Source: Antedon mediterranea
Taxonomy: Eukaryota; Animalia; Echinodermata
Length of the DNA: 64,000 bases
Direction of reading: 5' to 3'
Assembly (NCBI RefSeq): GCF_964355755.1
Contig: NC_092680.1
Coordinates: 22,209,605 to 22,273,604 of the forward strand
Shown: piece by piece, positions 15,401-28,349 of the stretch
Position numbering within the stretch: position 1 is the stretch's first letter
Layout: every line of letters begins with the position of its first letter
Position numbers and translations under genes: made by a program
Notes under the pieces: model-generated
The model's database searches: none
Seen by the model: only the letters and a program-made list of their open reading frames with translations
What the model was told of the DNA's origin: nothing

Positions 15401-18400
15401 AGTACATATGGATTTACTGCTGGAGTTCTTTCGTTGTTTATTTCAATCATTTTCATTTCTTTTTATAGGTGAATCCAGGCACATGGTTTGGGGATTTGGT
15501 TAAGATACGAGTAGCAGTCATAGATATAGATGAATCTGGTGAACAAACAGTGAATCAAACGGTGTCATGGCATCTTAACAAGGTACTTATTCAAGTTTAT
15601 TCATAATAACAATTTTCACTGTTAATTATTCAAGTTTATTCATAATAACAACTTTCACTGTGGTACTTATTCAAGTTTATTCATAACAACAACTTTTACT
15701 TTGGTACTTATTCAAGTTTATTCATAATATTACAACTTTCACTTTGGTACATATTCAAGTTTATTCATAACAACAACTTTTACTTTGGTACTTATTCAAG
15801 TTTATTCATAACAACAACTTTTACTTTGGTACTTATTCAAGTTTATTCATAATAACAACTTTCACTTTGGTACATATTCAAGTTTATTCATAACAACAAC
15901 TTTTACTTTGGTACTTATTCAAGTTTATTCATAATCAACTTTCACTGTGGTACTTATTCAAGTTTATTCATAACAACAACTTTTACTTTGGTACTTATTC
16001 AAGTTTATTCATAATAACAACTTTCACTTTGGTACTTATTCAAGTTTATTCATAACAACAACTTTTACTTTGGTACTTATTCAAGTTTATTCATAATAAC
16101 AACTTTCACTGTGGTACTTATTTAAGTTTATTCATAATAACAACTTTCACTTTGGTACTTATTCAAGTTTATTCATAATAACAACTTTTACTTTGGTACT
16201 TATTCAAGTTTATTCATAACAACAACTTTTACTTTGGTACTTATTTAAGTTTACTCAAAATAACAACTTTCACTGTGGTACATAGTCAAGTTTATTCATA
16301 ATAACAACTTTTACTTTAGTACTTATTCAAGTTTATTCATAATAACAACTTTCACTGTGGTACATATTCAAGTTTATTCATAATAACAACTTTTACTTTG
16401 GTACTTATTCAAGTTTATTCATAATAACAACTTTTACTTTGGTACTTATTCAAGTTTATTCATAATAACAACTTTCACTGTGGTACTTATTCAAGTTTAT
16501 TCATAATAACAACTTTCACTGTGGTACTTATTCAAGTTTAGTCATAATAACAACTTTCACTGTGGTACTTATTCAAGTTTATTCATAATAACAACTTTCA
16601 CTGTGGTACTTATTTAAGTTTATTCATAATAACAACTTTCACTGTGGTACTTATTCAAGTTTATTCATGATAACAACTTTCACTGTGGTACTTATTTAAG
16701 TTTATTCATAATAACAACTTTCACTGTGGTACTTATTCAAGTTTATTCATGATAACAACTTTCACTGTGGTACTTATTCAACTTTATTCATAATAACAAC
16801 TTTCAATGTAAACTGAATTTGGCTAGGACATGATTGACACATAACTAGCAGCATTTGAATTTACTTTCCTTAACAAATGTTTTTTCTTGCTTCTGAATTT
16901 AGGTGGAGATTTTGGATGAGGGCTCTGATAAAAAGCACATATTTGAGTTCAACAAATGGTTTTCAAAAACAGAGGAAAAAAGTGATGTCATCAATGAATT
17001 ACCAGCTTTGATAAAGAATAATAATCCTTTACCATTGGTGGAATACAAACTAACTTTTCACACAGGGTATGATAAACAATCTGCAACAGATTCTAATGTG
17101 TTGGTCACTATATTTGGTTCAAATGGAGACACCGGTTCAAGACAACTTTTGACAACTATAGATGGAGGAGATCAATTTGATAAACCAGATAAGGTAAAGA
17201 TCTGTCTCTAAAATAGCATTTTAATCTAGAACGTAATTTTATTAGGTGATCATTTAGAATAAAATGATCACCTATTGTTATTGTATGAAATCTTTGTTAT
17301 TGGTTATCCGCCTCAAGCGGATAACCTTTGTTATTGTAGTGTTACTTTTTTTTTTTATTATTCTTCTTTCTTTCTCGGATTTTGTGCACGCGTTTTCTCT
17401 TTAACGTGTTAACATAACATGTTGTAACTTCGTCAACATATAGACATTTAACTGAAGATGTACTGCCAAGCTTTTTGACAATGTCAGATCCGCGTAGCGT
17501 AAGTTACGCGCGATTTTTTGAAAATCTTAAATCGGTCATAACTTCGAAACCGATAAATATTTTTTAACGAAATTTTCAGCCACGTTTTCTTCACATCAAT
17601 AGCTAACTTTTGGAATGTTTAACAAATTTTTGGAGATTAGAAAGTTTTCGCATAAATTGCGTTTGAAATATTTTACTCTTCTTATTTTGTGCACGCTGTT
17701 TCTCTTCAACGTGTAAACATAATATGTTGTAACTTGTTCAGCATTTAGACATTTTACTGAAGTTGTCCAGCCAAGCTTTTTGACGATGTCAGAGCCGCGT
17801 AGCGTAAGTTACGCGTGATTTTCTGAAAATCTTAAATCGGTTATAACTTCGAAACAAATGAATATTTTTTAACGTCATTTTCAGCCACGTTTGCTTCACA
17901 TCAATAGTTAACTTTTTTAACGCTACCGCAATTTGTATCATTAGAAAGTGCGCGCGTAAATGGCGTTTGAAATTTTAAAATGCTTCAAATCAATTTCTGA
18001 TTAAATTAGAGCACGATTCAGGTCATTTTAAGCGTTTAAAAAATTGCCACTGGTGCGCACATTTTTACGCGCGCACGGCGCAGGGAACACGTTTGAGCCT
18101 TTCTTTTACACGATTTGTGTTTTTAAATCTTCGGTTAACAATTTTACGTTATTTTATTCACTTTTCAACTTGAAATGGCGTTCTACGAGCACGTTAAACA
18201 TGATAGGTTGCGCACGAAAACATGATAGGTTGCGCACGAAAACGTCAACAAATTGTGAAAATGTTGCAAAATATGTCTACTTTTAAAAATGAAACAGTTC
18301 ATCAGAATGCAAGGTTACCCCCATTTTTTATTTTATTTTCTTGCAGTGTATGAATCATAGGTGTGATTTATTATAGTCTTGAATGTTAAAAAGTGTTTGA

Positions 18401-21270
18401 TGGCTACATTATTTGCATATTAAATGTAATTTTTGAAATAATTATCATCAAACAAACATAAACATATTCAAAGAGCAAAACAATAAACATAACGTTTATC
18501 TTTTTTCTTTACATGTTAATATATAAAACTTGAAAGTATGCACTTTCATAATATGTAACTGTTTAAAATTTGTGAAGATTTCATCATAGTAAAAATTATG
18601 ATTTAAGTTCATTATGTAATAATCAACTTGCATCGAGGGGGTTCACGACATACCGATTGAACGAGGATTCTTTCTTCGGATTTTCTTCAGCAGGTGCTCA
18701 TATGGCTCGATGTGTAGTGCAACCGACTTTGGTATCAGATGTACCGGGTTCGAGTCCCGTCACGGGAAAACAATTAATTAAAAGGGTTTAGTTGGTTATT
18801 ACACTGAGAGGGCAGTTTTAATTTTGAATAGCCTACTTTTTTTGGAAAAGTCATAACTTGGAAGTACTTGAATACGCAAGATACGCTTTGTTGCTGGCGG
18901 ATAACCAAACTCGTCCTCAAGTGACGAGTTTAAGATCTAGTTATTTATTACTTTCTGTACAGATTTTGTGTAACAGATATCTCAAAAAGTTTAATGTCAA
19001 TGATTACCAAAATTTCACAATGTCTTTCAAATACTTTAACTTAGTTCTAATAAGCTTTTCAGCGTGATCACTCAACCGTGACGTAATTTATACGCCATTT
19101 TGTGAAATCACATTATCAATCATATCTCCATAATTAATTATCACATATTAATGTAATTCACTAAACGTAAACTTCAGATCAAGTGTAAAAATATTAGCAA
19201 ATAAAAACGCACGCACACGTAGGGTCATGCGCATGAAATCGCGCTTTAAAAATTTAAAAACCTCAAAATTAAGTTTTGATCAATTTAGAGCATGAATTAG
19301 GCCATTTGCGTGTTTCAAAAAATTACTGCGCAAAAAATTTTTTTTGCGCGCGCGATACTTAAAAAGCGTAAAAAATACGAATTTTTTTTACAAATCGCAT
19401 TCTACTCACCATCTTTAGTACATTCACCAAATTTGAGTCAGTTCCGATATAAAATAACGCTATACGAGCAGGTTCAAAATGACAAAATGCGCAAATTAAT
19501 TGCATCAAAGTGTTGAAAATGGTGAAAATAAGGCATTTTAAAAATGAAAATAATTCTTCAGAATGCACGATGACCCCCAATTTTTTTTAATTATTCTGGA
19601 AGCCATTGAGTTCTAGATATAAATTCATGTACACATTTGACGTACAAAATGTTGTGAGGTCACCAAATGGCCACTCGAATTAAAAAATTAGGTTTTTTTC
19701 TCTTTTGTCATAGATTATCACATTCAACTGAGCGCATCTCGGTTATTTTGTGCCCGATTTTCGATAATTCTTTTGTATATGATTGCTCAATTAATAATCT
19801 TATCTTTCTCATGAGTTGTCTAAATTTTAATTTTGAATACGTCATCACGCGTAAAAACTTGAATAACGTAGGTCGTGTAATTTCACCTACACCATACATT
19901 TGAATATCTTACAGCTCTTCCGAATTAAATTTGACCTTGATGATTATAATTTATTATGAAAGCTGATGAAATGTAGATATGAATTCATATAAAAATTAAG
20001 CCTATCGGATGTTTTGATGTTATGAAATGGCCAGTTGAAGTTAAAAAGTAGTTTTTTTCTCTCTTTCGTCAAATTTATACAAATTTCAAAGAGTGCGCAG
20101 TGCGCTTCTACGTGTCACATTCTCTTCCAATCCTTATATTTATTTGCTCAATTCATTATCTTTTGAAATTGTCATCTTCGAGTTTATTTTGATAATTCCA
20201 TCATACCAAAAAATTATAACATGATGTGTGTCCCGTAATTTCACCTATACTACACTGTATATAGATATACAGTATATACTGTATATTGTATATGGCATAT
20301 AATAGGCACAACTCAACACTATAAACATATAATAGGATGGAATGTATCATCATTTTCCGATCGTATGATAACGTACGTGCATGTTTAAAACAAATTATTT
20401 TCAGTAATTAATTAATTAATGTCAATAAAATGATAAAAATGATCACCTATAATTCGTCAAAGTGACGAATTAAATTCTAGTTATATATAAATTAATTATT
20501 TGTTTTATATTTTTCTCTCTCTTTGTGGAAAACCCATTTTTTTTCAGAATGATTCATTTCTGTTTGAGGCAGTGACAGTTGGAAAAATAAAGCATGTATT
20601 GATTGAAAAAGGTCCAGGAAAGCCGTGGCAACTAGAGAAACTAATTGTGAAAGAAGGTCAATATTCAAATGAGGAAATGATTTTTAAATGCAATAAGTAT
20701 GTATTTATTATTTTACAGAATTACTAATTTAAATTTAATATTATATCATGACTGATCTGTTTATTTATAAAATTGTATATATTTTTATTGATTGATTGTT
20801 CATTTACATGATCAACACGGCCATTTTGTTTCTTATATAAATATCAAACAGTTCTTGTTTTGGATAGTTTATTGTTCACTCATAGAAATGGTGAAATATC
20901 TACCACCAATCATCATTACCTTAAGATTTTGAGAAAACATTATAGCAATGTATACTTAACTGATTTTTATTTATTAATAATTATAACAGATGGATTGGGA
21001 GCTCAGAATTACCTGAAGACAATTCAAACATTTATCTGGAAGAGTATCAAGTGCAATCCAGTCTCTTTGTAGATACAGAGATTGTTGAAGCCAAGCCACA
21101 AACAAGTAAGATCTATATCTTTCAGGTTTTTTTTAAATATTTACCCAAAAATAAGTTATAAACATATATAAAACATACTATATCAAGGGAAGGGCTATAT
21201 ATATATATATAGTAATAATGTAACTATATACCCACAGCATTGTCATTTTTTTTCAGTAATTTGCCTTTGG

Positions 21271-21306
<36 letters not shown>

Positions 21307-21322
21307 ATAATGTAACTATATA

Positions 21323-21374
<52 letters not shown>

Positions 21375-24300
21375 CATACTGTAAATTATAGAAACAGTGC
21401 TCATATTCGGAACATGATCTCATAATCGCGTCGAGCATAGCTCATTGGCGAAAGTTCCGTATTTTTTAGTTGTATGAAAAAATGTCTCTGGCTGGATTCG
21501 AACCTGCAACCTCTCGCTTACAGGGCGAGTATCATACCACTAGACCACAGAGCCATATATGGTATTATCACAGATTTTCACCCACCAGATACATTCTCTC
21601 ATACAACAAACGCCCTCACAATCAGTGGATCAGGCTTAACAAGTCAGATTAAATTCCAACTTTAATTCGCAACGGTTTTTAAATAATATTGTGTATATGT
21701 AAATCAATGATGTTGCGTAGCACTGTGTAAATTATATATAAATCATACTGTAAATTATAGAAACAGTGCTCATATTCGGAACATGATCTCATAATCGCGT
21801 TGATTGTGAGGGCGTTTGTTGTATGAGAGAATGTATCTGGTGGGTGAAAATCTGTGATAATACCATATATGGCTCTGTGGTCTAGTGGTATGATACTCGC
21901 CCTGTAAGCGAGAGGTTGCAGGTTCGAATCCAGCCAGACATTTTTTCATACAACTAAAAAATACGGAACTTTCGCCAATGAGCTATGCTCGACGCGATTA
22001 TGAGATCATGTTCCGAATATGAGCACTGTTTCTATAATTTACAGTATGATTTATATATAATTTACACAGTGCTACGCAACATCATTGATTTACATATACA
22101 CAATATTATTTAAAAACCGTTGCGAATTAAAGTTGGAATTTAATCTGACTTGTTAAGCCTCCACTGATTGTGAGGGCGTTTGTTGTATGAGAGAATGTAT
22201 CTGGTGGGTGAAAATCTGTGATAATACCATATATGGCTCTGTGGTCTAGTGGTATGATACTCGCCCTGTAAGCGAGAGGTTGCAGGTTCGAATCCAGCCA
22301 GAGACATTTTTTCATACAACTAAAAAATACGGAACTTTCGCCAATGAGCTATGCTCGACGCGATTATGAGATCATGTTCCGAATATGAGCACTGTTTCTA
22401 TAATTTACAGTATGATTTATATATATATATATATATATAGTAATAATGTAACTATATATATATATGGCACTAACATATAGAATTGATAATCTTTAAAAAA
22501 AAAAGATATCAAAACATAGTTCATAATGTCATTTTAGCTGTCAAAATCGTGCCATTGATACTTGGTTATTAACATTATTTTGTAGATGGTAACTGGAAGT
22601 TAATTGTAACTACTGGAGAGAGTTCCGAATTAAAAGAAATTGGTAAAATGACTTTGACTGTAATTGGTACTGAGTCATGTTCTGAAGCAGAAATGTTAGG
22701 TCAAGACAGACAAACCAAATTCCAACCAGGAACAACAGATGAATTTGATGTATGTATTTACATGTTCATTTGTATGTTAAAACAATAAGAAAAATGATTT
22801 ATCATCGTAATCATATGTTAATTTGATATACTAGATGGTACGCTCGCTTCGCCCATCTAGGTCGTGTCCACAGATGGTTCTCGAATACACAATAATTTCA
22901 GCTTAAAAAAACAGGCGATTTCAAATGTACGTAACGCAGGACTATAGTACATTGTCGTTTACAGAGACGAATAAATAGACACGATGATTTATGTTAAATT
23001 AGCACCCTGGGAATTAGGCCTTGACTTAAAAAAATGAGTCCAAATTTTTTATTTGAACTCATTTAAACAAACCCAATTTGTGTTTAGTATATAACATTAG
23101 AGTTGAGGGATGGGGAAGAGGATGGGAAGAAAAATTTTAAAATATATTCTCTATCCACTTAGTAACGAAATATTGTTTTAAATGTTGTATAGGCCTATTA
23201 ATAATATACCACTAAACACAGTAAAACATTTACGATTTATAATACTTTTTTAAAACTGTCCCTGTTATAGTAGTCAATTGAAATAGTAAAGTACATGTAA
23301 CGATACACCACTGCGACGTTTATATTTTTTATAATTTAATTAATTAATACAAACGTTGAGAAGCAACTGTCAGTAATCTAACCACAGTCACAGTAATAAA
23401 TGTTCTTTGTATATTTTGTTTATATATCGTAACCACATTCACAGTAAGACAATTTCTATTCAAATGGCGACCAAAAATGGTTAATACATACAGTATTTAC
23501 AATATTGTCAAAGTATTGCAATACTATATATAAGTTTTATTCTCCAAGGCCCATAAATTTATCGACTTGTGTTAAACCAAAGGCTCATAAATTTACCTAC
23601 AAACTGGGAGATTGGAATGCTCCGTTCATCGCAAATCAATGCATTTGCATAAACGTATATTAAATCTATCAAAATAGTATTTTTTAAAGAAAATCGGCCT
23701 GTCTTCAACATTATGATACTGTACTCGAGCTGTTCAACCGGTTTTCAGCTATTAACAACAATTATCGTAGGAGGAGATAGGAAAATGCGAAGTATCCTCG
23801 TATTATTGTGTGCAGGTATTTTTTCATGAGCACATCCATTAGACAGTGTATACCACGATCGGAAAACACCCCTATTTGGGGCAAATTGTTGAACCTAAAT
23901 TCGTTTTAATTGTCAATAACTAATTATCTAACTAAATTTAATTAGTAAACAGGGTTACATCAGGTGGTTAAAATCAGTACCCAGATTCTAACCAACTTTA
24001 TATACCATCGAGTAAACATTCTAGAAATAACACGTGATTTACCGAATTTTGCCCTTACGTAAAATAGATACCTAAAAAACAAACAACTAAAATTATTTTA
24101 ACCTAAATTTGTGATTTTAATTTACTTTATTTATTTACACAAAAAATACATATGAAAATAAAATAATAATAATGATCATCAGTAACAACCAAAAAATAAA
24201 CAACACTCTATCTTTGAAAAATAGTACTTCTTTCCATATTGTAGAGAATATATATTTTGTATTTACAAATTCAATTCAATTTCAGTTGTCATTTGAGGTT

Positions 24301-27300
24301 TTAACCAAATACTTATTATTTTCTTCTTCAGTAGTGTAAATTTATTCTTGTAATTTTAAGCATCACTTAAAGATGTATTGTCCCTTTGACTAATTCCAAA
24401 AAAAAAGAAAAAAAAAGATTTCGAAAAAAACGTGGGTCATTTTGAAGTATCATAATAGTTATTAACTTTCACCAAAAATTAGTCCAAAAAAAATCCTTTA
24501 ACTGAAATACAGACGTTTTTTTGTTCCAGTCAAAGTTTTCGATCAAAACATATTTCATAATGCAACACGTTTGTTTGGCTACTCTGTATGCATTATCATA
24601 AAACTTCCACGCGATCTGTGTGAGAACACTTTCTCAACCCTGACGAGTTGTAAACAATCCTAATTAGCATCATGCATAATGCATACTCGTGGTTTGAAAT
24701 CTTTGTTTACTTTCGCTCACAACGAATGTTTGGGTTTTTTTGGCTCAAATTTTCGACTTAAAGTGAATAACTTTAATATTACTTTGATATGGCCAGTTTA
24801 AATTTAAAATATTTTGACCTTCATTTTTTTGTGTTTCAAGGGACAATCTTTAAGCATCCTCCAAATTATTCTTTTTAATATCAGTTGTTATAATGACATT
24901 GGGCAAAGTCAATACAAGCATCCTTTGATTTATTTCTCATAGTTCAAAATATTTCCAAAAGGAAAAATATTTTTTTTTTTAAATTAGAGGATGAGGACAA
25001 GAAAAAAAGAATATCCATAATAAATGTTATTTTTTGCTTGTTGGCTTGTGATTTCTTAGATAATCTTGTTGGCTTGTGATTTCTTAGATCCTTTGAATTG
25101 ATAATGCAATTTTTAAACATTATTTAGGTTTTGTTAAATAATATTGGCCGTATTTGGAAGTTACGATTGCAACTTGATGAAGAATCTTCCAAATCATGGT
25201 TTGTAGAAAAGGTAAGTGTAGAGGAAGTAGTAAAATGGTGTATAAAAGCTATAAATATTTAAAGAATATTGAAAGTAATAACATCTATGATTTGTTTGTG
25301 CCATAATAAAGCCTGAACTCAGTGGATCAGGTGATGGTCTATTGATGGACAGAATTTCACTATTTTCCATTTATATTGTGTATAATAGGATTTTATTACA
25401 TTTGTAGATTAAAATGAAAGATCAAGACACTAATGAAGAATTTAGTGCAAGGTTGAATAAATGGGTTGGTGTGAATTCCGGAAACATTCTAGAGATTCCT
25501 GCAATTTGGCCAGAGCTTGAGGAACCTCAAGGTAATTAGATGCAGGAATTATCTCAATGGTCAAAGTTAGAAAGTAAAAGTCAAAAGATGCAGGGATTAT
25601 CTCAATGGTCAAAGTTAGAAAGAATATGTCATAGATGCAGGAATTATCTCAATGGTCAAAGTTAGAAAGTATAAGTCAAAAGATGCAGGTTATCTCAATG
25701 GTCAAAGTTAGAAAGAATATGTCATAGATGCAGGAATTATCTCAATGGTCAAAGTTAGAAAGTATAAGTCAAAAGATGCAGGTTATCTCAATGGTCAAAG
25801 TTTGACTGTATAAGTCAAAAGATGCAGGGATTATCTCAATAGTTAAAGTTAGAAAGTATAAGTCATAAGATGTAGAAATTATCTCAATGGTCAAAGTTTG
25901 ACTGTATAAGTCAAAAGATGCAGGAATTATCTCCATGGTCAAAGTTAGATGGAATACATTCATGCAATATGACTGAAGAGAAAGAAAGTATAAGTCATAA
26001 GATGCAGGAATTATCTCCATGGTCAAAGTTAGATGGAATACATTCATGCAACATGACTGAAGAGAAAGAAAGTATAAGTCATAAGATGCAGGAATTATCT
26101 CCATGGTCAAAGTTAGATGGAATACATTCATGCAATATGACTGAAGAGAAAGAAAGTATAAGTCATAAGATGCAGGAATTATCTCCATGGTCAAAGTTAG
26201 ATGGAATACATTCATGCAATATGACTGAAGAGAAAGAAAGTATAAGTCATAAGATGCAGGAATTATCTCCATGGTCAAAGTTAGATGGAATACATTCATG
26301 CAATATGACTGAAGAGAAAGAAAGTATAAGTCATAAGATGCAGGAATTATCTCCATGGTCAAAGTTAGATGGAATACATTCATGCAATATGACTGAAGAG
26401 AAAGAAAGTATAAGTCAAAAGATGCAGGAATTATCTCCATGGTCAAAGTTAGATGGAATACATTCATGCAATATGACTGAAGAGAAAGAAAGTATAAATT
26501 CAAAACTTTAATGATCTGTAAAATATTGTTGACATTCTTAATTTTGGTAAAAGTAAGCTTTAAGGTTAGGTTAAGAACCTAAGCAAACCTTACCTACATG
26601 AGCTGTCAACATGTGTTATTGCTACTATGTATGGATAATATTATTACTGTCAACCTTATTGATTTAGTTATTGAGTACAAAATAGAAGTAAAAACTGGTA
26701 ATGAAGAAGGAAGTGATCAAACAGAAAATGCCTACGTTACCATTTATGGAGACAAAGGAGATACGGGAAAAAGATATTTCTTTAACAATCTGGAAGATCA
26801 ATCTAAATTTCAGAAAGACCAAGTAAGATTATACCTTTTCATTCATCAAAATATTTGTCTCAAAATTAAAGAAGAAAATAATAATAACAAATCATCATTT
26901 TACATAAACAGTAATAAATGGTTAATTTTTCCAACAGACAGACACATTTATTATAGAAGCAGTCTCTGTTGGTGATCTTACTAAGTGTGTCATAGGTCAC
27001 GATGGAAAAGCATGGTTGTTATCAAATGTCAAGATTACCAATGACTCCACAAAGGAATATGTGTTTCAGTGTAACAAGTACGTATTTGGAAATGTATTAA
27101 TCAGTAGATAATTAATCCTTTATTAATGCTAATATTTGTTTATTTACACTATTAAAAGTGCAATGTCTAACCATCTTCAATATCTCTCAGGTGGCTTACA
27201 GCAAATGATGGAGATAAAGCAGAACAGCTCTTAACCATTGAAGCTGTTCAAGAAGATGACAAAGAAAGTGCTGAGGATACTGATAAGAAAAGTGACAAAG

Positions 27301-27476
27301 ATGATCAAAATGATGACGAAAAGGAAGATGATGACAAAAACAACGATGATGAAAACAAAGATGATGATGATGAGGATGGCAAAAATAGTGATGATGACAA
27401 AAATGGTGATGATGATGCCAAAAATGGTGATGATGATGGCAAGGATGATAAGGATAATGGAAATAATGACAATTAA
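483..27476 (+). CDS. Multi-PLAT (LH2) domain protein, LOXHD1-like, with an internal block of 7 FN3 domains; multi-exon, 5' part lies outside the window
   Basis: Repeated PLAT signatures in GT-AG exons, e.g. 483-643 TDWQIFVTTGSNADSGRNSTVTLHVYGDKG; 1163-1475 YYIMVWTG..ETNANVFLNIHGKYGDTG..WFVDKV..YFPC; similar units near 7.0, 7.6, 8.4, 10.1, 11.2, 12.5, 13.2, 14.3, 15.2, 17.0, 22.6 and 26.7 kb. Last exon 27191-27476 (WLTANDGDKAEQLL.. then D/K/N-rich tail) ends in TAA. Orthology to LOXHD1 is not established. Confidence 0.85.
1745..1912 (+). repeat. 56-bp tandem repeat, about 3 copies, duplicating an exon end and donor site
   Basis: acctgcaacaagtaagtttattgtatacataatagacaagttgtataatgattata starts at 1745, 1801 and 1857. 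Confidence 0.85.
2141..6466 (+). CDS. Seven fibronectin type III exons within the PLAT gene (2141-2404, 2726-2989, 3169-3447, 3642-3911, 4198-4884, 5424-5699, 6197-6466)
   Basis: Each exon has FN3 motifs (V.W..P.G...GY.V, then L.PG..Y.I.I) and AG/GT boundaries with length divisible by 3, in phase 1-1. A 21-nt microexon at 6735-6755 links back to PLAT exons. Confidence 0.85.
4475..4660 (+). repeat. Coding 24-bp tandem repeat (GDRSKSRT)n inside FN3 exon 5
   Basis: ggagacagatcaaagagtagaact, about 7 copies, in frame. Confidence 0.9.
5801..5940. repeat. 46-bp intronic minisatellite, about 3 copies
   Basis: ttgtatatatatggttcacattcattcatactgcttgttctcttgt repeated. Confidence 0.85.
9022..9558. repeat. 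55-bp intronic minisatellite, about 10 copies
   Basis: gcaawgaggctaaactgccgataatgattggagtaagccaataccgtatattggt repeated. Confidence 0.95.
10713..10894. mobile_element. MITE (non-autonomous DNA transposon)
   Basis: Imperfect terminal inverted repeats aagcgtggttcccactag..caaggacgtaacgc / gcgtttacgtccttgcg..ctagtgggaaccaagctt, flanked by TA on both sides. Confidence 0.75.
15582..16806. repeat. 41-bp intronic minisatellite, about 29 copies, starting at a splice donor
   Basis: ggtacttattcaagtttattcataataacaactttcactgt repeated. Confidence 0.95.
17237..20480 (+). mobile_element. Non-autonomous Helitron/Helentron-type element (outer)
   Basis: 5' taggtgatcattt with adjacent inverted copy aaatgatcaccta; matching subterminal aaatgatcaccta near 20437, then hairpin aattcgtca-aag-tgacgaatt and terminal CTAG followed by T. 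Confidence 0.65.
17297..18940 (+). mobile_element. Non-autonomous Helitron/Helentron-type element (inner, nested)
   Basis: 5' ggttatccgcc-tcaa-gcggataacc; 3' subterminal ggcggataacc at about 18896, hairpin aaactcgtc..gacgagttt, terminal CTAG followed by T. Has an internal about 300-bp duplication (about 17376 and 17680) and a tRNA-like segment near 18695-18765. Confidence 0.65.
21483..21554 (-). pseudogene. tRNA-like sequence (tRNA-Pro-related SINE head or pseudo-tRNA)
   Basis: Reverse complement of ggctctgtggtctagtggtatgatactcgccctgtaagcgagaggttgcaggttcgaatccagccagagac; A and B boxes present, mismatches in acceptor and T stems. Confidence 0.6.
21871..21940 (+). pseudogene. tRNA-like sequence, copy with 2-nt deletion in the 3' acceptor strand
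   Basis: Same sequence as the other two copies, followed by a T6 run. Confidence 0.55.
22235..22306 (+). pseudogene. tRNA-like sequence (tRNA-Pro-related SINE head or pseudo-tRNA)
   Basis: TGGTCTAGTGG A box, GGTTCGAATCC B box, stem ctcgc/gcgag around loop cctgtaa, followed by a T6 Pol III-type terminator. Confidence 0.6.
22830..23900 (-). mobile_element. Possible Helitron-like insertion; only the 3' end is recognisable and the right boundary is a guess
   Basis: actagatggtacgctcgcttcgcccatctagg reads on the minus strand as a GC-rich hairpin followed by CTAG and T, inside a 2.4-kb intron. Confidence 0.35.
25535..26497. repeat. Intronic minisatellite: about 45-bp units grading into 84-bp units
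   Basis: agatgcaggaattatctccatggtcaaagttag core; accounts for the repetitive ORFs at 25769 and 25918. Confidence 0.9.
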
Positions 27477-28349
27477 TAGATCATAAAGGACAACAGTGCT
27501 GAGCTTGCAGAATCGATCAGTTGCCCTAGCTTAATCCAAAAATGTGCGTAATGCAACTAACGATCTAATGCTTCAAAGTGTGTTTCTCACATTTTGTCTA
27601 TTTTAATCGTTTTATAGTACTACAGTATTATAGTTGTAGGATTGTTTAGTAACAATTTGTATAGTCCGTTGTACATAACCATTTGACAAGTAAAACCAGT
27701 ATTGAACAAATCATTATAATACAATTTGTACAGTAGTCTCTTACATGCTGTACTATATGTTACCAAAGAAACTGTTTAGTAGGTTTTTAATCTCAAACAT
27801 TAAAACCATATTCAGCACACATGGATCATGTTCTAGTATGTAAGACCTACTAAGTTCATGTATGTACTTGGAAAACACTTCAGTCGGAGGATGAGGCTAT
27901 GAGTTTCACAAGACAAGATGACACAGATGTCATTCATGTCTCTTTTCATCCAAACAGGTGTTGTGCCTTCCTGCATTTTTTTCAGTTGGTACTAATATAT
28001 AGTTTGTGGATTTATTTATAGTCTTTAGCTGTAAATCACTGAATAGTAGTAGAGAACCTAGACATTACATAATAGTAATTTATGTACAGTAGCAACATTT
28101 TCTCACAAATATAATAGTATTGAATTATTATGGTATGTTGATGTAAATAACCAGTATTGTTAATCGATCAAACTAAATGTTAAAAAACCAGAAACGAAAT
28201 ACATTAAACCTTAGAGGACACTTTCCCGTGAAACAACGAGAAGAAGTAACCCCTTATGGGAACAATGGTTCTCCTTTAGTCATAATACTTTTTTTTTCAT
28301 TATGTTAGATCAAAGTCTAAGTGTTAATTGAGTGATATAATATGGTTTC

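Larger units (their letters stand above)
21371..22420. repeat. Inverted array of an about 370-bp unit with a tRNA-derived head (SINE-like), embedded in (TA)n
   Basis: Unit at 21371-21740 is the reverse complement of about 22040-22420; a partial third copy lies at 21801-22040; flanked by TA microsatellite. Confidence 0.8.

Noticed and set aside
21483-22306. Functional tRNA genes
   Set aside because: Acceptor and T-stem mismatches, C instead of U before the anticodon, and location in a repeated unit favour SINE or pseudo-tRNA.
25769-26511. 244-aa and 197-aa repetitive ORFs
   Set aside because: Products of the 84-bp intronic minisatellite.
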